Positions 23,911-37,175 of a stretch of 64,000 nt of DNA are shown piece by piece. This DNA comes from Blastocladiella emersonii ATCC 22665. Lineage: Eukaryota; Fungi; Blastocladiomycota. The stretch spans positions 1,488,001 through 1,552,000 of the forward strand of contig JANHCV010000008.1 of the NCBI GenBank assembly GCA_025594325.1, read 5' to 3'. The notes under the pieces are model-generated. The model saw only the letters and a program-made list of their open reading frames with translations. It ran no database searches and had not been told where the DNA came from. How positions within the stretch are numbered: position 1 is the stretch's first letter; every line of letters begins with the position of its first letter. Position numbers and translations under genes: made by a program.

Positions 23911-26081
23911 TTAGGGCAACGCGAGAGAAGGTGCAAGGCGTACGAGCGCGACGCTATGCGATGCTTTTGAACCCTTTGCAGTCAGGATCAAAGCTGCGTC
24001 GTGGACGGTGAGGACCGATTCAAGCGCGCCGCTCGGAAGAAAGTGCGTCAAAGAATGTGGAATGGGAGCAAAGCAGTAGTAGAGCTCGACAATGAGCCGC
24101 GGAGCTGCGGCGAGAAGGCGGGAAAGAATCCACTGGGTTGTGAGCTCACGTCGAGCTGTCAAACCGCAGCAAGTGGTCTGCAGCTCCGATGCGATTGATT
24201 CGTCCACCATGTGCTGGATCGGTTCAAGAAACCGCACAAACAAGCGAGGGGCGACCAGGCTACTACTTGCGAATGCAAGCACCAACGGAAGGAGTAGATC
24301 AAACGCGTCCCGCCAATTCATGTGAAATGTAGGCGAACATCTGCGGCAATCATTGTACCGAGGCGCGTGTGCGAGGACGCCTTGGCTGCTACTCGAGAAG
24401 TGCGCTGCCAACATTGCGCTCAAAAGTTGTGGTGCAGCGCCAGTCCCGCGGACGATGCCAAGAGCGGCATCCCTTGTCCCAGAGCCCTTGAGCAGTTTAG
24501 TCGTGAGCCACGAAACGGCATGCACTGGGTTAATGAGGAGCCCGTTGTTGTGAGAAGCGGCGGCGACCAGGGTTGGGCAAATGATGGAGAAGACATTGAG
24601 CAAATCGGTCGCCGGCTCACAATCGATGAGGGCAGGGATCGAGACGTGCAACTCGAACTCGTTGAAATCGTGAAGCAGGTCCGCAAAACGGCTCAGCAAG
24701 TTTGTCGAGCTGGTTGTCGTTGCAAGCTGGATGACCCGTTGAGGAAGGCCAATCACAGGGTCCCTGCGAACAACAAGCACATTGCTAAACGCTGGACATT
24801 GGAGGCTGGTCAGCACGTGTAAAGGAGATCACAGTCTGAGCGGGACGTACTCTTAACAAGAATCTCATTCCATGCGGTCGCGCCGACGATCCCACGGACG
24901 TCGCCAAACGTCGCGTCCTTGTCTTTTCCAAGTGTCTGCGCGACCGCTATCGCACATTCGGACTCGGAAAGAATGCCGTGCTCCCACAGCGGGCCAAGTT
25001 GGCCAAAATCGTATGAGCGATATTTGAACTGCGAAACAAGTGCGTTGCGAGCTGAGGCAATCCGCCCCGGCGACATAGTGGCCACGATCTCGTTAGGGTA
25101 CTTGGCAAGCAGCTGCACAAACAGCGGAGGGTTTCGATTGCACATTGTGCCGACAAGCGGACTTTCGTCGCCATTTACAGATACGTCAGTCCACCCGTTT
25201 GTGATGAGCCATTCGAGCGGAACAAGGGACACGCGCTCGTTGTCTAGTATATCGAAACGATGGGCGAAGTTGTACACGAGCGGCGCAAGCGAGAGTATGG
25301 AAGCTACGCCAGACGCGTCCACGGCGAAGCGATGATCCGTGAGAAGCTCGAGCGAAGATGGCTGCCACCGCATGACGGCGATGAGCCCCAGAAATTCGAC
25401 GAGACGCGGAGCGCGCAAAAGCTCGGCGATACTGAGTTCAAGCTCCTCGAAAGTAGCACCGTCAAGTTGCTCAACAAGTCGGTCGAACCAGCACAATGTG
25501 CGCCACTGGGACCAGCGAAGCCAAGTATCGAGAAGCGCGTGATGCTTGAGGAAGCCAGTGAGACACTTGGAAAGCAGGGCAACATGTCCCACGGCAGTCG
25601 CGTAAGCTGCAACGAGGATAATGGTCGCGAGAGGCTCACGGAATGGGTAATGAACACGGCGTGTGCTTGCAGCGTTTAGGTAATCTTGTACGTGAGTGGA
25701 CGAGCGGCACCCGTATGGCCGCCTGATGTGCGCGAGAGCCCAGTCGGCAATGATTTCGATGTGCGCGTCGTGAGAGTTCAAGTCATCGATGCAGAGTCCA
25801 GTCACTGCCAGGGAGAAGGCATCGCGAGTGCTCAGTGGAGTTGGGTCGCACTGGTACGCTATTTGATAGAAGCGCGCGAACGCAACGAGCCGGTCAAACG
25901 CCCAAAAGGCTTTGGTGTGATAGTCACAGGCGGTTGAGAGGAGGAAGCGGGAGGCGGCCGCAGCCGCGCCTCGGGGCGTCGATAACAGCAAGACGGCGAC
26001 AGCGAGCTCGTGCGGAAGGTCGACAAGTGTCGCCACAGCGCTGTCGCCCGGTTCATGAGTCGATTGCATAGAGTGCTCCAT
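23911..26081 (-). CDS. F-box-like family copy F3, complement join(23911..24791,24851..26081), ~703 aa, apparently intact
   Basis: VDLPHELAVAVLLL motif. A 59-nt intron (gtacgt...gctgac...ccag), at a position equivalent to the F2 intron, joins the two listed ORFs in frame. Confidence 0.8.
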
Positions 26082-26206
26082 GGAAGTGATGTGTTTACTG
26101 TAGGGGCAGGGGGAGGAGACATCGCGGGCGCCCTGTCGCCTCGGCCAAATATCGGGTCACGCGACCGCCGCCCGAAATTTGTTTCGTGACACGTCGCGAC
26201 ACATAC

Positions 26207-26536
26207 AACATCCTCGAGCCATCGGATGTAGATGCACTCGTGGCGTGACTACCACTGGCTGAGTCGCTTCGAGTGCTTAAAATCGCATCCTGCTTGTTTG
26301 ACACGGCGATCATGTCAGCCATCGTCCGCGTTCTGCCAACCTCAATCGAGATGTTGGATCTCAGCGAAAACCCCGTAGGCGATGAGGTTGTTGGCGTGAT
26401 CCAGGAGGCTCGACTTCCGTCGCTTACGAAAGTTGTCCTCGTCAAAACGAACGTTACGAGTGCGGCGAAGTGTAGACTTGCACAGTTTCTCAGGTCGAAT
26501 GCGGCCAACCAGGAAGACACTTCGACTGTTTTTTGA
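26207..26536 (+). pseudogene. LRR gene fragment (C-terminal repeats only)
   Basis: SLRVLKIASC...LPTSIEMLDLSENPVGD...LTKVVLVKTNVT; in-frame TGA near 26246; no N-terminal domain. Confidence 0.6.
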
Positions 26537-26599
26537 AGTCAAATATTTTTGCTGAAACCAAATGAACAACGAGGTCAATGACGAGTCTGGATCAATCTC

Positions 26600-28051
26600 G
26601 GGAGATTGAATGCCGCTGAAAGAACGTTGGCGCCGCTCCTTCCAGCGCTGCCCAACCCGCGTCCGTTATGCCGTTGCGAGCCAAGTCCAGGGGTTTCATG
26701 CCATCGGGCACGTACTAGGGGAGGTCCAGCGCTCCGACATCCGTGATGTGGTTGCAGTTCAGGTACAACTCGTAGAGGATCGACGGATGCGCTGGCCAGG
26801 ACCGGCTTTCGCCAAGCGACGAGACTTGTCCGCCATTCATGGCCGCTTATGCAGCTGTGTCGTCCGGCGGATTCTTGGAGCAAGGCGGCCTCAGCAACAT
26901 CACTAATATCCGTGTTCCAATTGGATTCGCTCCTGGACGGCGTTTTGATGCCCCTCTCGTTCAGCCTGCTGCCACTATCCCTGAACCTCAGGTAGGTCAG
27001 TCGGAGGCTGCCGAACGCGGCCTGCACTGGATCGCCATGATGCCGGCTGCGGATTCCATGGCAGTCGACGCCGCGAAACTGCTTTGCCTTTCTCCAGTTT
27101 CGCACCCTTCCGCGTCTCGCGCGGCAATTTTCTCTCCCACCATCCGTCGTGCTCTCAAGCGTGTCTTTGACGATCTCACTGCGCGTCGCCATTTTGGCGA
27201 GCTGCTGCGCGGTTTCCCTGACACGCGCGACCTTGATCTGATGCCGCCGCTTGGCGAGTTTTGTTCGATTGACGAGTACAAGGTCATCTGGGTGACAGTT
27301 GGACCAGCCACGGGATCAGAGCTTACGCACACTGACTTGGCCGAATCGACTCTGACGAAGACGGTATTCGCGAACTTTTACCGAATGATCGTCCTTCTCG
27401 CGTGTGCGGCCGACCATCTTACCGTGTTCAACGTTTCTTCTGTCGAGCTTCCGACCTGCATGCCCAAGCTGCAGGTCATGCTCTCCAGTTACCGCCCGCC
27501 ACACGCTGAGTGGACGCGTGTTCTCTCATGGTTTGCGGCGACCGTTTCGTCCGTCGGACTCGCCGACCTGGATCCCAAGACGGTGCGAGCGCCCAATAAA
27601 CACCCGGCCCCGCGATACTCGCTGCTCACTTGCCGACCTGCGCGGCTCGCTTGACGCCGAACGTGCTATCGCGGCGACCCGCGAGATTCTGCAGATGCCC
27701 GAGCTCGCGCCGTGTATCCGCGTCGTGCTTGAGCTCGCGTGCGCCAACGTTCGATTCTCGTGCGCGCTTTAAGTGAAGCCCGGACGTGTCGGACTCGTTT
27801 GCGCGGATCCACGCGGCCAGAATGGGACCGCGGATGTCATGAAACGGCTGCGATGCAGTGGGGACAAGCTGCTGACGCTCGCGCCCGGAACAATCGAACT
27901 GCGCGGGTGGGACGAGTTCAAGGCGCATCATGCGGCCACTTTCGATGTTGTCGCGAACAGTGGCACCGGTGCGGTAGCTTCGCGGGCTGGTGAGGTGGTG
28001 ACTGAAGAGAATGCGGCGTGTGGGCAGGGTGCCGCAGAAGATGTCGAGTAG
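26600..28051 (+). pseudogene. Large tandem-array gene, copy gamma (3' part only)
   Basis: AADSMAVDAAKLLCL...ELACANV...IELRGWDEFK is homologous to 35574-36782 and 39081-41655; stops and frameshifts near 27650 and 27770. Confidence 0.75.
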
Positions 28052-28744
28052 CGATTAGATCTGCGTGATATGAATATGGGATCCATGCGTATGTGATACC
28101 GAAGATGAACTGCCACCAAAAATCCTGCACACGTCGTTCTTCGCTACTTGCGCCGCGATGCGGCCAATTAAATCCGACGCGTCAGACATTCAAGTGACGA
28201 GGCGGCAGATGGGATGCGCGAAAGGCCGAGTAATAGCTCGCGTGCGACCTGAGCACGCTGCTGTCATACTGGATCTTGCATCGCTCGCCTCGCTTTCTTG
28301 CCCGGGTCCTGCGCTAGGCAACATCAAGGCAACCGAGTTCGCCACGACAAGAGGTTTACAGACTTGACTCTAAGGGAGCGCACCTAACCGACTGGGGCGC
28401 CGCTGTTCCCGCGAAAGTTTTGCAAGTTCGTCCCAGCGCATGACAGTCCGCTTCGCAAACGTGTGCCTTACTGCTCAAACCCTTCAATCGATTCAGCTCC
28501 CCAAGGCCGTGCGCAAGATCAATATTACCACGCCCATTCTCAGTTACCGCAGCAGACAGGTGATTGCTGCTTGGCTCCCGGACCCGGCTGGAGACCCTTG
28601 CATTTTCAACAACGTTCACGCGCCTCGCAGCGGGTGCTCGCTTCTCTCGTTGCTGCCCCGCCAACTCTCGCAAGTTTTTTATGCATACCTCTGGGATCGC
28701 TGAGCGCCTTTGTGGTTGCCGTCCGCGTTCCTCGCGGGATGCGA

Positions 28745-28778
28745 GACGCGACGAGAAATCACGTCAGCATCACGTGAT
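28745..28778 (+). promoter_or_regulatory. Bipartite motif variant GACGCG-N7-ATCACGTCAG followed by ATCACGTGAT, upstream of array copy beta
   Basis: GACGCG ACGAGAA ATCACGTCAG; ATG at 28851, 84 bp downstream. Confidence 0.5.
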
Positions 28779-30773
28779 GTGGCTGGGATGATTCGTGCGC
28801 CCTTTGACACCACGATGCTCCCTCCGTCGAGCCGCTCGCGGCACGAAGCAATGGCGACCCCGTCGCGTATGTAACTGCGTGCAAACGGCAAGGCTGGTCC
28901 GTAGCTAACTTGCTCACTATGTATATCGCGCCGACGGCGTCAAAGTGGAGTCAGTGCGCTCAGTCGCCGACTTGCTCGCGGCGCATCATGACTCGCAATA
29001 ACTTGATGCCTTGCCCGGTACCGGCGCTTCGATCGATGCCGACGCGCTCCATGCCTTCTTGGGCACCGCTTGTTCTCTCACCCAAGCCCTTGCTGAGCTT
29101 CTCGCTCAATCCGTGGTCGCTTCTCTCCCGATGCACGTTCGCGAGCGCGTCATGGTCGCCCCGGTCAATTCGCTCGAGAATGCGTTTGTCTATCCGACCT
29201 CGGGCACTGCTCGACCCGATGCTGCTACCGCTGCCGCACACGCTTCGAGCGAGCTCACGCGCTGGTTTACGGACTGCCTACGCGGCTCGCGCGACCTGGT
29301 CGTTTTCCCTTGCGTACGACAGACCCATGCTGCCGTCACCATCGTTAGCCTTCATCGCGAGCCCAGCGACGACGAGACTGGGTTCTGCGTGTTCCGTGCG
29401 GGGCACTCAGCTGATGGAAGCGACGAATCCCTTCGAAACCTGCTTATAGCGGCGACAGGATGCGATCCGGCAGTCTTTTTCATCGACGCGCGGGCGGATT
29501 GGGTGGACGCGGCCGGCTTCCATCGCGCGCTTCGGCTCGTATGCGAGAGTGTCGAGGCGGTCCACTTGGCCATGTACGCGGGCGAGTATCCGCTCGACAA
29601 AGTCGTGCTTGGCGACCAGTCGGATGCGTGGCGGATCGACGCTTTTTGCTCGTTGCTTCCGCGGCTTGTCGAGTTTGCCGAGCAGCGTCGACCCCTTGGA
29701 CCTGAGCTGGCTGATGCGGTGAGCAAGCTCGGGGCTTCGGTTGGCCAACGCTTGGAGTCCGCCATTTATCGCTGAGTCCTGCCGCTTGAGGGTACGCATT
29801 CAACTAGTCGCACCCGGAAGCGAACAGCCGTTCTGACAAATCGTTTTCACAGGGCCGGTGCGCGGCGACGCTGTGGATTCGCTTGTGTCCGCGTCAGCTT
29901 CCGTAGCCGAAGGTCTGCCATCAATTGCTTGTCAAGACGTGCCCGTCGCGAATGCTCGCCTTGACATGTCGACTCGGTTCGAGGATACGACCACCGCTGC
30001 GCCCGCGATAGCTTCTTTGGCCGTGTCGGACTGCAGCGCTTCCGGCGATCCTGGGACCACTTTCTCCGCGGCCGCTTCCGATCTCAGCACCACTCTCTCA
30101 ACACCCGAGCTCGACACAGCTTCTTCTCTTTCCGAGGGTCCCCTATTGCACGTTGCGCGTCCCGCTGCGTTTCGTTCGGAATCGAGTGATGCCCACGCGA
30201 ACTCTTTCCCCATCGATGACGCCGCTGAATTCTCAGCAGTAGGCTGAGTTTCTGTGGAGCTGAATTCGCGCTCAAGCTGGGCCATTTGGCACGCCTGACT
30301 TTTCTGCCACTCCCATCAACACGCGTCGCGACGCGCCTCGGTCGAGCTCGAATTATCTTCTCCTCAATTTTCTCCAAATCCTCTCAATAAATCTACCCTC
30401 TAACTCTATGCAACTCAACTAAAATCGTCTGGGGCACAGTTCGACGTCGGAATACTCTCCGTGAACCTGACCTCTCACTCTTCCCGCTCCTCCCGCGGCC
30501 ACTGTGCATATCCTCTACATTTCCTCCGTCCTTCATGTCCTACGTGGGCATCCACACGCTTCCCTGACGCTTTGATTTAATTCACCGCTTGCGCGTATTG
30601 TGTCTCGCGTTTTTTGTCTCGCGTCTCCTGTCTCGCACTCGTTGCGTGCGCAAAACACATCGCGTCTCTTGTGTCTCACTAGCACGAGACGCGCACGCGC
30701 GTTGCCAGACACGCGCGTGAGAGCGCGTTCGTTGCGCGGACGGCAAATTCCCACGCGTCTGGACGCGTGGGAG

Positions 30774-30833
30774 CGCGTGTGTGCGCGACGCGTGTGTGCG
30801 CGACGCGTGTGTGCGCGACGCGTGTGTGCGCGA
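30774..30833. repeat. 4 x 15-bp perfect tandem repeat cgcgtgtgtgcgcga within H1
   Basis: Units at 30774, 30789, 30804 and 30819; flanked by a ~40-bp imperfect direct repeat (30711 and 30874). Confidence 0.95.
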
Positions 30834-31354
30834 CGCGTTGACACGCGCGTGACGGCGAATTCCTACACGTCGACACGCGTGCGAGCGCGTCTGGTGCGCG
30901 GACGGCAAAATCTCTTGCTTCTTTCTTCCGTGCTTTCTCATGTCCCCCACTGCGTGTCGACCACGCGAGCTTGCACCGCGAATCCCACGCTTCATCGCTG
31001 CGCGTTCACTCCTTGCAACGGCTTCCCCCTCTCCGTTCTGACGTGTCCCGCTCTTCGCCGGCGCGAGATTGCCTAATTTTCGAGCCCATGACGTGCTACG
31101 TGCACACTTCCTGCTTCGTCCCGCTTCATTTTTCGTTTCTCCCACCGGCGTCGTCACGCGCCTTGTGACGCACGCCAGGCGTCCCGGGTTTTTTTTCTTT
31201 TCGTGTCCGCCTTCCGACCTTCCGACCGCCAGCGCATCAGTTCTTCTTGGCATCCCTTGAGTTCCCTTCGAACGACGCACTGGACACACGGGCAACTCAA
31301 ATACCTTTGACGCCCGCCACGACGCAGTTGATCCAGTTGCTGCCCGCACCAAGA

Positions 31355-33296
31355 TGTCGCTCACCTCGCCGTTCGCAATACGATGCTACTTCCAGGCGAC
31401 GTCGATCAGGCCGCACCCCACCACCCGCAACCATGAAATCGCGTCTGGACACATCCTCGCTCCTCACACCTATTCCTTGACCAACAACTCCTTCACCACT
31501 CCCGCGACCCTCCATGCGTTTGATCTCAAACTCGCCATCAACGTGATCGCGTACCGCGGTCGCATCTACCCAAACTCGTCCTACATCATCTCGGGTCTTC
31601 TTCAATCGGACGGCGTTCACGCTGGATCCTAAGTCCCTCTTCTTGGCGTAATGCTTACGCTGGACCGCACTGACTCGCGCGCTCCCTTTATGTAGTCATT
31701 TGCTTGTTGAGCCGAGTCCTCCTCTTCTTCTACCTCCTGAGGTGTCTGGCTTTGTCACCGTTCCAAGTACGTCGCTCAATTCTATCGCCACCTCCCCCCT
31801 CTCCCTTCTCCTCCTCTCCTGACCTCCCCTCCTCTGGCGGTTGTTTGATCTTGGTCTCTCGCTGACTTCTTGTGACCTCCCACAGACCGTGATAACCGCA
31901 CCATGGGCGATTTCACGCTGATTCCCGCTCTCATCGACAACTCGAAGCACCCGAACGTGCCGTTCCCCGTCGTGATCTTTGTACGCTCATCACGGTACGT
32001 TCATTTCGAGGTGTACGCTTCTCACTCGAGCGATCGCTGACCTGCAGTGTGTGTAGGGTTACGAGCAGCACCGGCGGCGGCTACTGGCCCAGACCGGGCT
32101 CTCGACTCCATATCACGGGCATGATCACGCGTGTTCTCGATACGGAGGCGAAGCAGCTCCACCCGGGCGCCCAGTTTGTCATTGCCGTGGAAAACCTTCT
32201 CACGGCCCCCTCCTGTGTCCGGCCAGTTCATGGCGTCGGGTACGTTTTCGATCGCGTCAAATGCGCTCGAACGGGTTGCTAACTCTGCATCGCTTCACGA
32301 TAGCCTCATCTTCCACTCCGACTCGCGACCAGCACGCGGCGGTCGAGCACAACGGGTTCACGGCGCCATGTACGACTTCGGTCGCGTCGACTGCGCTCGA
32401 ACAAGTCACTAACTCTCTATTGCGTCACGATAGCATCGTCGTCCACTCCGGCTCGCGGTCAAAACCCGCAGGTCGCCGCGTTTTCGGCCCTTGGTACGAG
32501 AGATTCCGCCAAATCGCGCGTCCGGTCGAGTAGACGCTGACATTTTGACATTCGTTCAGAGCCGCCGCGAGGGCCTGACTTTTTGACCAACTTCTCGAGT
32601 CGTTCGAGCCATTTCGCGCACCACGACGGGCCGTTCGAAGCCAACATTTCGGCGGCGGTCCTCGACGCGCACATGGAGCGCGGCGGATCCGTTGACGATC
32701 ATCTTCGTCGGCCAGCGTCTCGCTTCACTCCGCGTTCGCGCTTGGCCTCGGATTCACGCGCCTTCTCCTCCTCCTCGTCGTCGATTACCTCGCCCACGTA
32801 CTCGTCGTCTGGAAGCTCGCGCATCGACCAACCGACGGCCAGCAACACGTTCTTGGCTTCTGCACCGGCCCCGTTCCACGGTGACGGCTTCACCCGCGAG
32901 CAGTTCTCCGAGTACTCGCTCCACAAGCAGCGCGCCGAGCTCGGCCTCGATTCGCACCACCTCGTGCCTGCTCCTCCTGCCCTCGCGCAAGGCGTGCGCC
33001 AGGCCACTCGGCGTCACCTCCCGCCGCGCGAGAACGTGGTGTTCAACGGGAGCAATGATGCTCAAGACGACGACGAGGAGGAGGACGACTTGCTCTTCTC
33101 GTCGATCAAGCTCGCGACCGAGGTGTGCCATCAAGACGACTCGGCCAACGACGATCTCGACTCCGAGGTGGACGCCGAGCCCAAGAAGACCCGCGTGTCG
33201 TCTAAAAAGCGCAAGGTGTCGTCGTCGGCCTCGGCAACGTCGTCGGCACCTGTTCCTGTTCTCGCACCTGCGCCCGTGCCACTCGCCGGCAAGTAG
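31355..33296 (+). pseudogene. Multi-exon Helitron accessory gene of unknown function (acidic/basic low-complexity C-terminus)
   Basis: Several GTAC..CTRAC..AG introns (about 31981-32048, 32240-32303, 32370-32433, 32494-32559); NLS-like KKRK; the frame is not continuous. Confidence 0.45.
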
Positions 33297-33873
33297 AAGC
33301 CATCTCGGCGTCGCAGCTCAGACGGGCAAGCACGCGGCGCTGTCTCGGGCGGTTCTGCGCGCGGCAACGTTGATTCCCAAGCTGATCTCGATGCCGTGGC
33401 TCACGCTGACGAGCCAACGGACGAGGCTCCCGAGCCGCCAGACACGACCACCTCGACTCGCGCGCTGCGCAAGCGCACTGGTGCGCGCAAGGGCTAAGCG
33501 CGTGTGACCGCTCTTTGATGACGCGCGTCAAGACTTGTTGCCGTGTTCGACTTGTTTGTTCTTTCCATAAAATCAGTCCTTCTTCTTTTCAAATGTCTCC
33601 TGTGTCGTGCTTGTTACACATCCATTGAAGAAAGTTCGATTACCCTGACGTCCCCCTTTGCCGAAACTCGTTGAGTACAGTCAAAGCGTCTGATTCGAAA
33701 GGCCGCCAAGGTTAACACAGCTCACGCAGTATGTTCCCTTGCCTTCGATGAACAGTCGATGAATCTGAAGAGTTGGATTGTAGCGTTGGCCGTGTAATAC
33801 AAGTACGGCAGAGAATAGCTCGGGAAACGACATTGATACAGTCATCATCCGGCCCAACAAGGATCTGGGTCGC

Positions 33874-34251
33874 ATGCCCAAGCTACCCGGGATCCCCGAC
33901 GGCTGCTTCCCGCTGCGCCGCGAGATCGCCTCGTTCCGCCTCAAGAACAAGGTGGCCGGCACCTCCAAGACGATCCATCGAGCCCAGTTCCCGCTCGAGC
34001 TCGCGTACGCGCTGACGGCGCACAAGGCCCAAGGGATGACCCTCAAAAAGGTCATCGTTGATCTCGTCGACATGACGCGTGGATAGTTACCGTCGCGCTT
34101 CCTGTACATGATCCTATCGCGTGTACGGCGCGGTGACGACATCCTGATCCTGCGTGATCCAGGTATCCAAGGCCTGAATCAAACACAGGATCAACATTTA
34201 CTTGCCGAGTACGCTCGACTGCAACGTCTGGCAGAGGCAACCACTACCTAG
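33874..34251 (+). pseudogene. PIF1-family helicase C-terminal fragment (Helitron RepHel tail)
   Basis: RAQFPLELAYALTAHKAQGMTLKKVIVDL and LYMILSRVR match PIF1 motifs V/VI; in-frame TAG at 34084-34086. Confidence 0.9.
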
Positions 34252-37175
34252 TCCTTGGCTCATTAATACATAGCGATTTTGACACGTCATTCACTACTCG
34301 CCTTTCCACGCGGACGGAACTTGACGTCCAGCATATGTTCAAGCCAGCCTAGTCGCCTACTGCTGAGACAGAGTGTGCAAAGCACACATCCCTAGTCCCA
34401 GCATCTGCTTCTGCGTGATAATCTCGGCCGAACCTGCGCCGTGACTGCCACCTCGCTTGACCCTTCCTTCGATTGGAGCACGGCTTGCGTTGTTCCTGGA
34501 AATGTGCCTGTCTCACCTCACTAATGTCTTTGAGATATCCGCAGGCATCCGCTGACCCGGTTTTCGAGTAGACGCAGCAATCAGGCAGTCGTGTCTCGCT
34601 CCACCGCCCACTCTTCCTGTCCCTTCGACCCATGCCGCTTCATCTCATGCAGGAGTCTCGACTGGAATCACTTCCGCCGTGCACACTGTTCAGCATGGCT
34701 TTGCTCCCGCCACGCCCATGTTCCACCAGCTTCCTGTCGCGCATGGTCACTACTACCCCGGACAAGCGCACTATGTTGCTTCCTTTTACGGCTATCCGTA
34801 CCACGGGTATCCGTACGCAGCTGCCGCTGCCCCGGCCGCGTATCCGACTACAGGCTATCCACCGATGCACACGCATGCGCTCAACGGGTTCTTGCCGTCG
34901 TCGCCCTCACCGTGGCCCGCACCGATTGCACCATGGGTAAAACATGAGTCTGGCCATAGGTATTGTGCTTCGCTGACACGAACGGTGATGTTTAGCCCGC
35001 TCACACGGCATATTCTCCCAGTCAGGGCGCGTTCTACTCCCTGAAGCAATATCCGTACCATCCGCTGCAGCTCGCACATTTGAACCCTGCTTTGTTTGCC
35101 GCTGACGGCGTGACCAACGGGTTTCCAACCTCAATTTCACCGCGGTTACCGAATTTCTTCTCTGGTCCTACAACGCTGCTGCACGGGTCCCCGCAGACCG
35201 TTGCTCCAAGCTTAACACTCTCTGTTCCGCCTGCTCCCAACGCGACAACTCAACAAATTTCTGACTTGCTACTGCCACTGCGGTCGGCCGTTGTCGTGCC
35301 TCCTCTGTTGCCATCGGCGCCAAGCGCTTCGCCTCCGGCACCTTTGCCCGCTACGCCAAGCACGACGGTACCGCTTGCGTCCGCATCTGACCCTCCAGCG
35401 GAGGCTCCGTCGACCTTCCTCCCGCGGATCCGCCTTAACGTTCCGTCGCCCGACCATCAGCTGGCGGATGACGTCGCGCTTGCACCACCAACACGCCGAC
35501 CACAGACGTTCTGCCCGCTTCAACCCGACCTGCGAAACGGATTCAGCTGCAGGCTCCCTCCCGGTTCCAGTTCTTGCCGAGCGGCGAGACTCGCCTGCTG
35601 TTGACGCCTACTGGCGGGCAGTCGCAGAGAAACTTGTTAACTGATCATCAAACCTTTCAATCGGAGGTGGCTGAACGCAGCAGGAAGTGGGCGACCGTGG
35701 CACCGGCTGCGGACTCCATGGCAGTCAAGGCCGCCCGCCTACTTCACTTGTGTCAAAAGAAGCACAATGCCGCGCCTCGCTCGGCCGTCTTCACTCTCAC
35801 CATTTTGCGCGCTCTCGACCGCATCTTTGATGAGCCTGTTGCGCGTCGCCAGTTTTCCGAGCTGCCGTGCGGCATTTCCGACACGCGCGACCTCGATCTC
35901 GTGCCACTCCTCAGCGAGACTCGGTCGATTGACCAGTACAAGAGAATTTGGGAGACGGTTGGCGTGGCAACGGGCTCAGAGCTTGCCCATAGCCACAAAT
36001 TCGAGTGGACGCTGACTCGGACGATTCTCGTGAGTATCCACCAACTGGTCGTCGTTCTCGCGTGTGCTGCAGACCATCTCGCTGCGGTGTTTGGAGTTGC
36101 ATCTGTTTAGGTCCCTCTTGGCACGGCCAAACTGGAAATCATGCTCGCCATTTATCGCCTGCGGCATGAAGGATGGGCGCGCGTTCTCTCGTGGTTCGCG
36201 GCGACTATCTCGTCCGTTGGCGCTGACTTGGCTTTGAAGGCAGCGCGAGCGCCAGCCGAAGCGACCAACGGCGCTCGGCGCCGCGGTACCTGCCGCGCTG
36301 CTGTCAACTTGCGCAGCGCACTCGATGCGCACCCGCTTACCATGTTTCTGTCGTTCCTCAACCGCCCCCGCATTGCCAAACAGTATCCCGAGTGCGTGAC
36401 CGTTGGCCGTGTCGTGGGTAGCGTGCTTTCGGATTCAAGCCAAGCCAGCTTCATCATCGCGTTTGCTGATCCCGCTTTTGCTCACCGCGTTCTTGCGACG
36501 ACCCGCGAGGTTCTGCAGCTACCCGAGCTCGCGCCCTGTATTCGCGTCGTTCTCGAACTCGCCTGCGCCAATGTCAAGCTCTCGTACACGCTTGATATCA
36601 AGCCCGAGCACGTCGGACTTGTTCATTTGGACTCGCGTGGCCATGGTGGAGAAACAGGCCCTACTGAGCTCATCATGCGAGTCCGGAGTGGTAGTGGCGG
36701 CCGAATCAAGATTTCACCCGGCCCAATCGAGTTGCGCAGATGGGACGAGTTCAAGACGCGCATGCGGCCGCTCTCGACGTGATCGCGCGCGGCAGTGACA
36801 CCGCCGCGCGCGCCAACGAGGCGGCGGGCGAGGAGATCATGGCGGACGCCTTGTGAGCGGCGGAAGCACTCCGTCAACAATGCGCGTCTTCGAGTTGAAC
36901 TACGAATAACGCGATGCATGTATAAATTATCAGCGTTGGTTCCTTCTCTGGAACGGTCGAGCGAGACGTCAAGGGCGACGGCAAGCACGAGTGAGGTGAC
37001 TTTTTGACAGAGGATGCTTGCATTCGTCGAGAGCAGAGCCATGGACGGGGCGACAGGCAGGGTCGGCTGCGGACACGACGCTCATCTTGACCCGCCATCA
37101 CGTGGCTGTGGCTTGCTTGACCCGCGCGCCTGAACCGAGCTCGCTTCTCCAGCCCCGTGAATGCAATCCATGTCC

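Larger units (their letters stand above)
30316..34395 (+). mobile_element. Non-autonomous Helitron H1 (~4.1 kb)
   Basis: 3' hairpin gtgtgc-aaa-gcacac (34373-34387), then CTAG (34392-34395) and host T. Candidate 5' A|TC at 30315/30316 gives an in-frame empty site (LPLP|SQHLLLRD). Carries a PIF1-helicase tail. The 5' end is inferred. Confidence 0.7.
28851..36782 (+). pseudogene. Large tandem-array gene, copy beta (Ulp1-like N-terminal domain + linker + C-terminal domain), split by Helitron H1
   Basis: Exon 1 ATGGCGACCCCGTCGC|gtatgt matches copy alpha. An intron after 29792 joins the Ulp1-like part to the linker. Stops near 28997, 29773 and 36108. Homology resumes at 34396. Confidence 0.65.

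Noticed and set aside
28420-28703. Additional LRR fragment (LPKAVRKINIT...LPRQLSQVF)
   Set aside because: Too weak to support by eye; needs an HMM search.
2064-30833. Short repeat arrays as CRISPR-like loci
   Set aside because: Units are contiguous without unique spacers, no cas genes, eukaryotic context.
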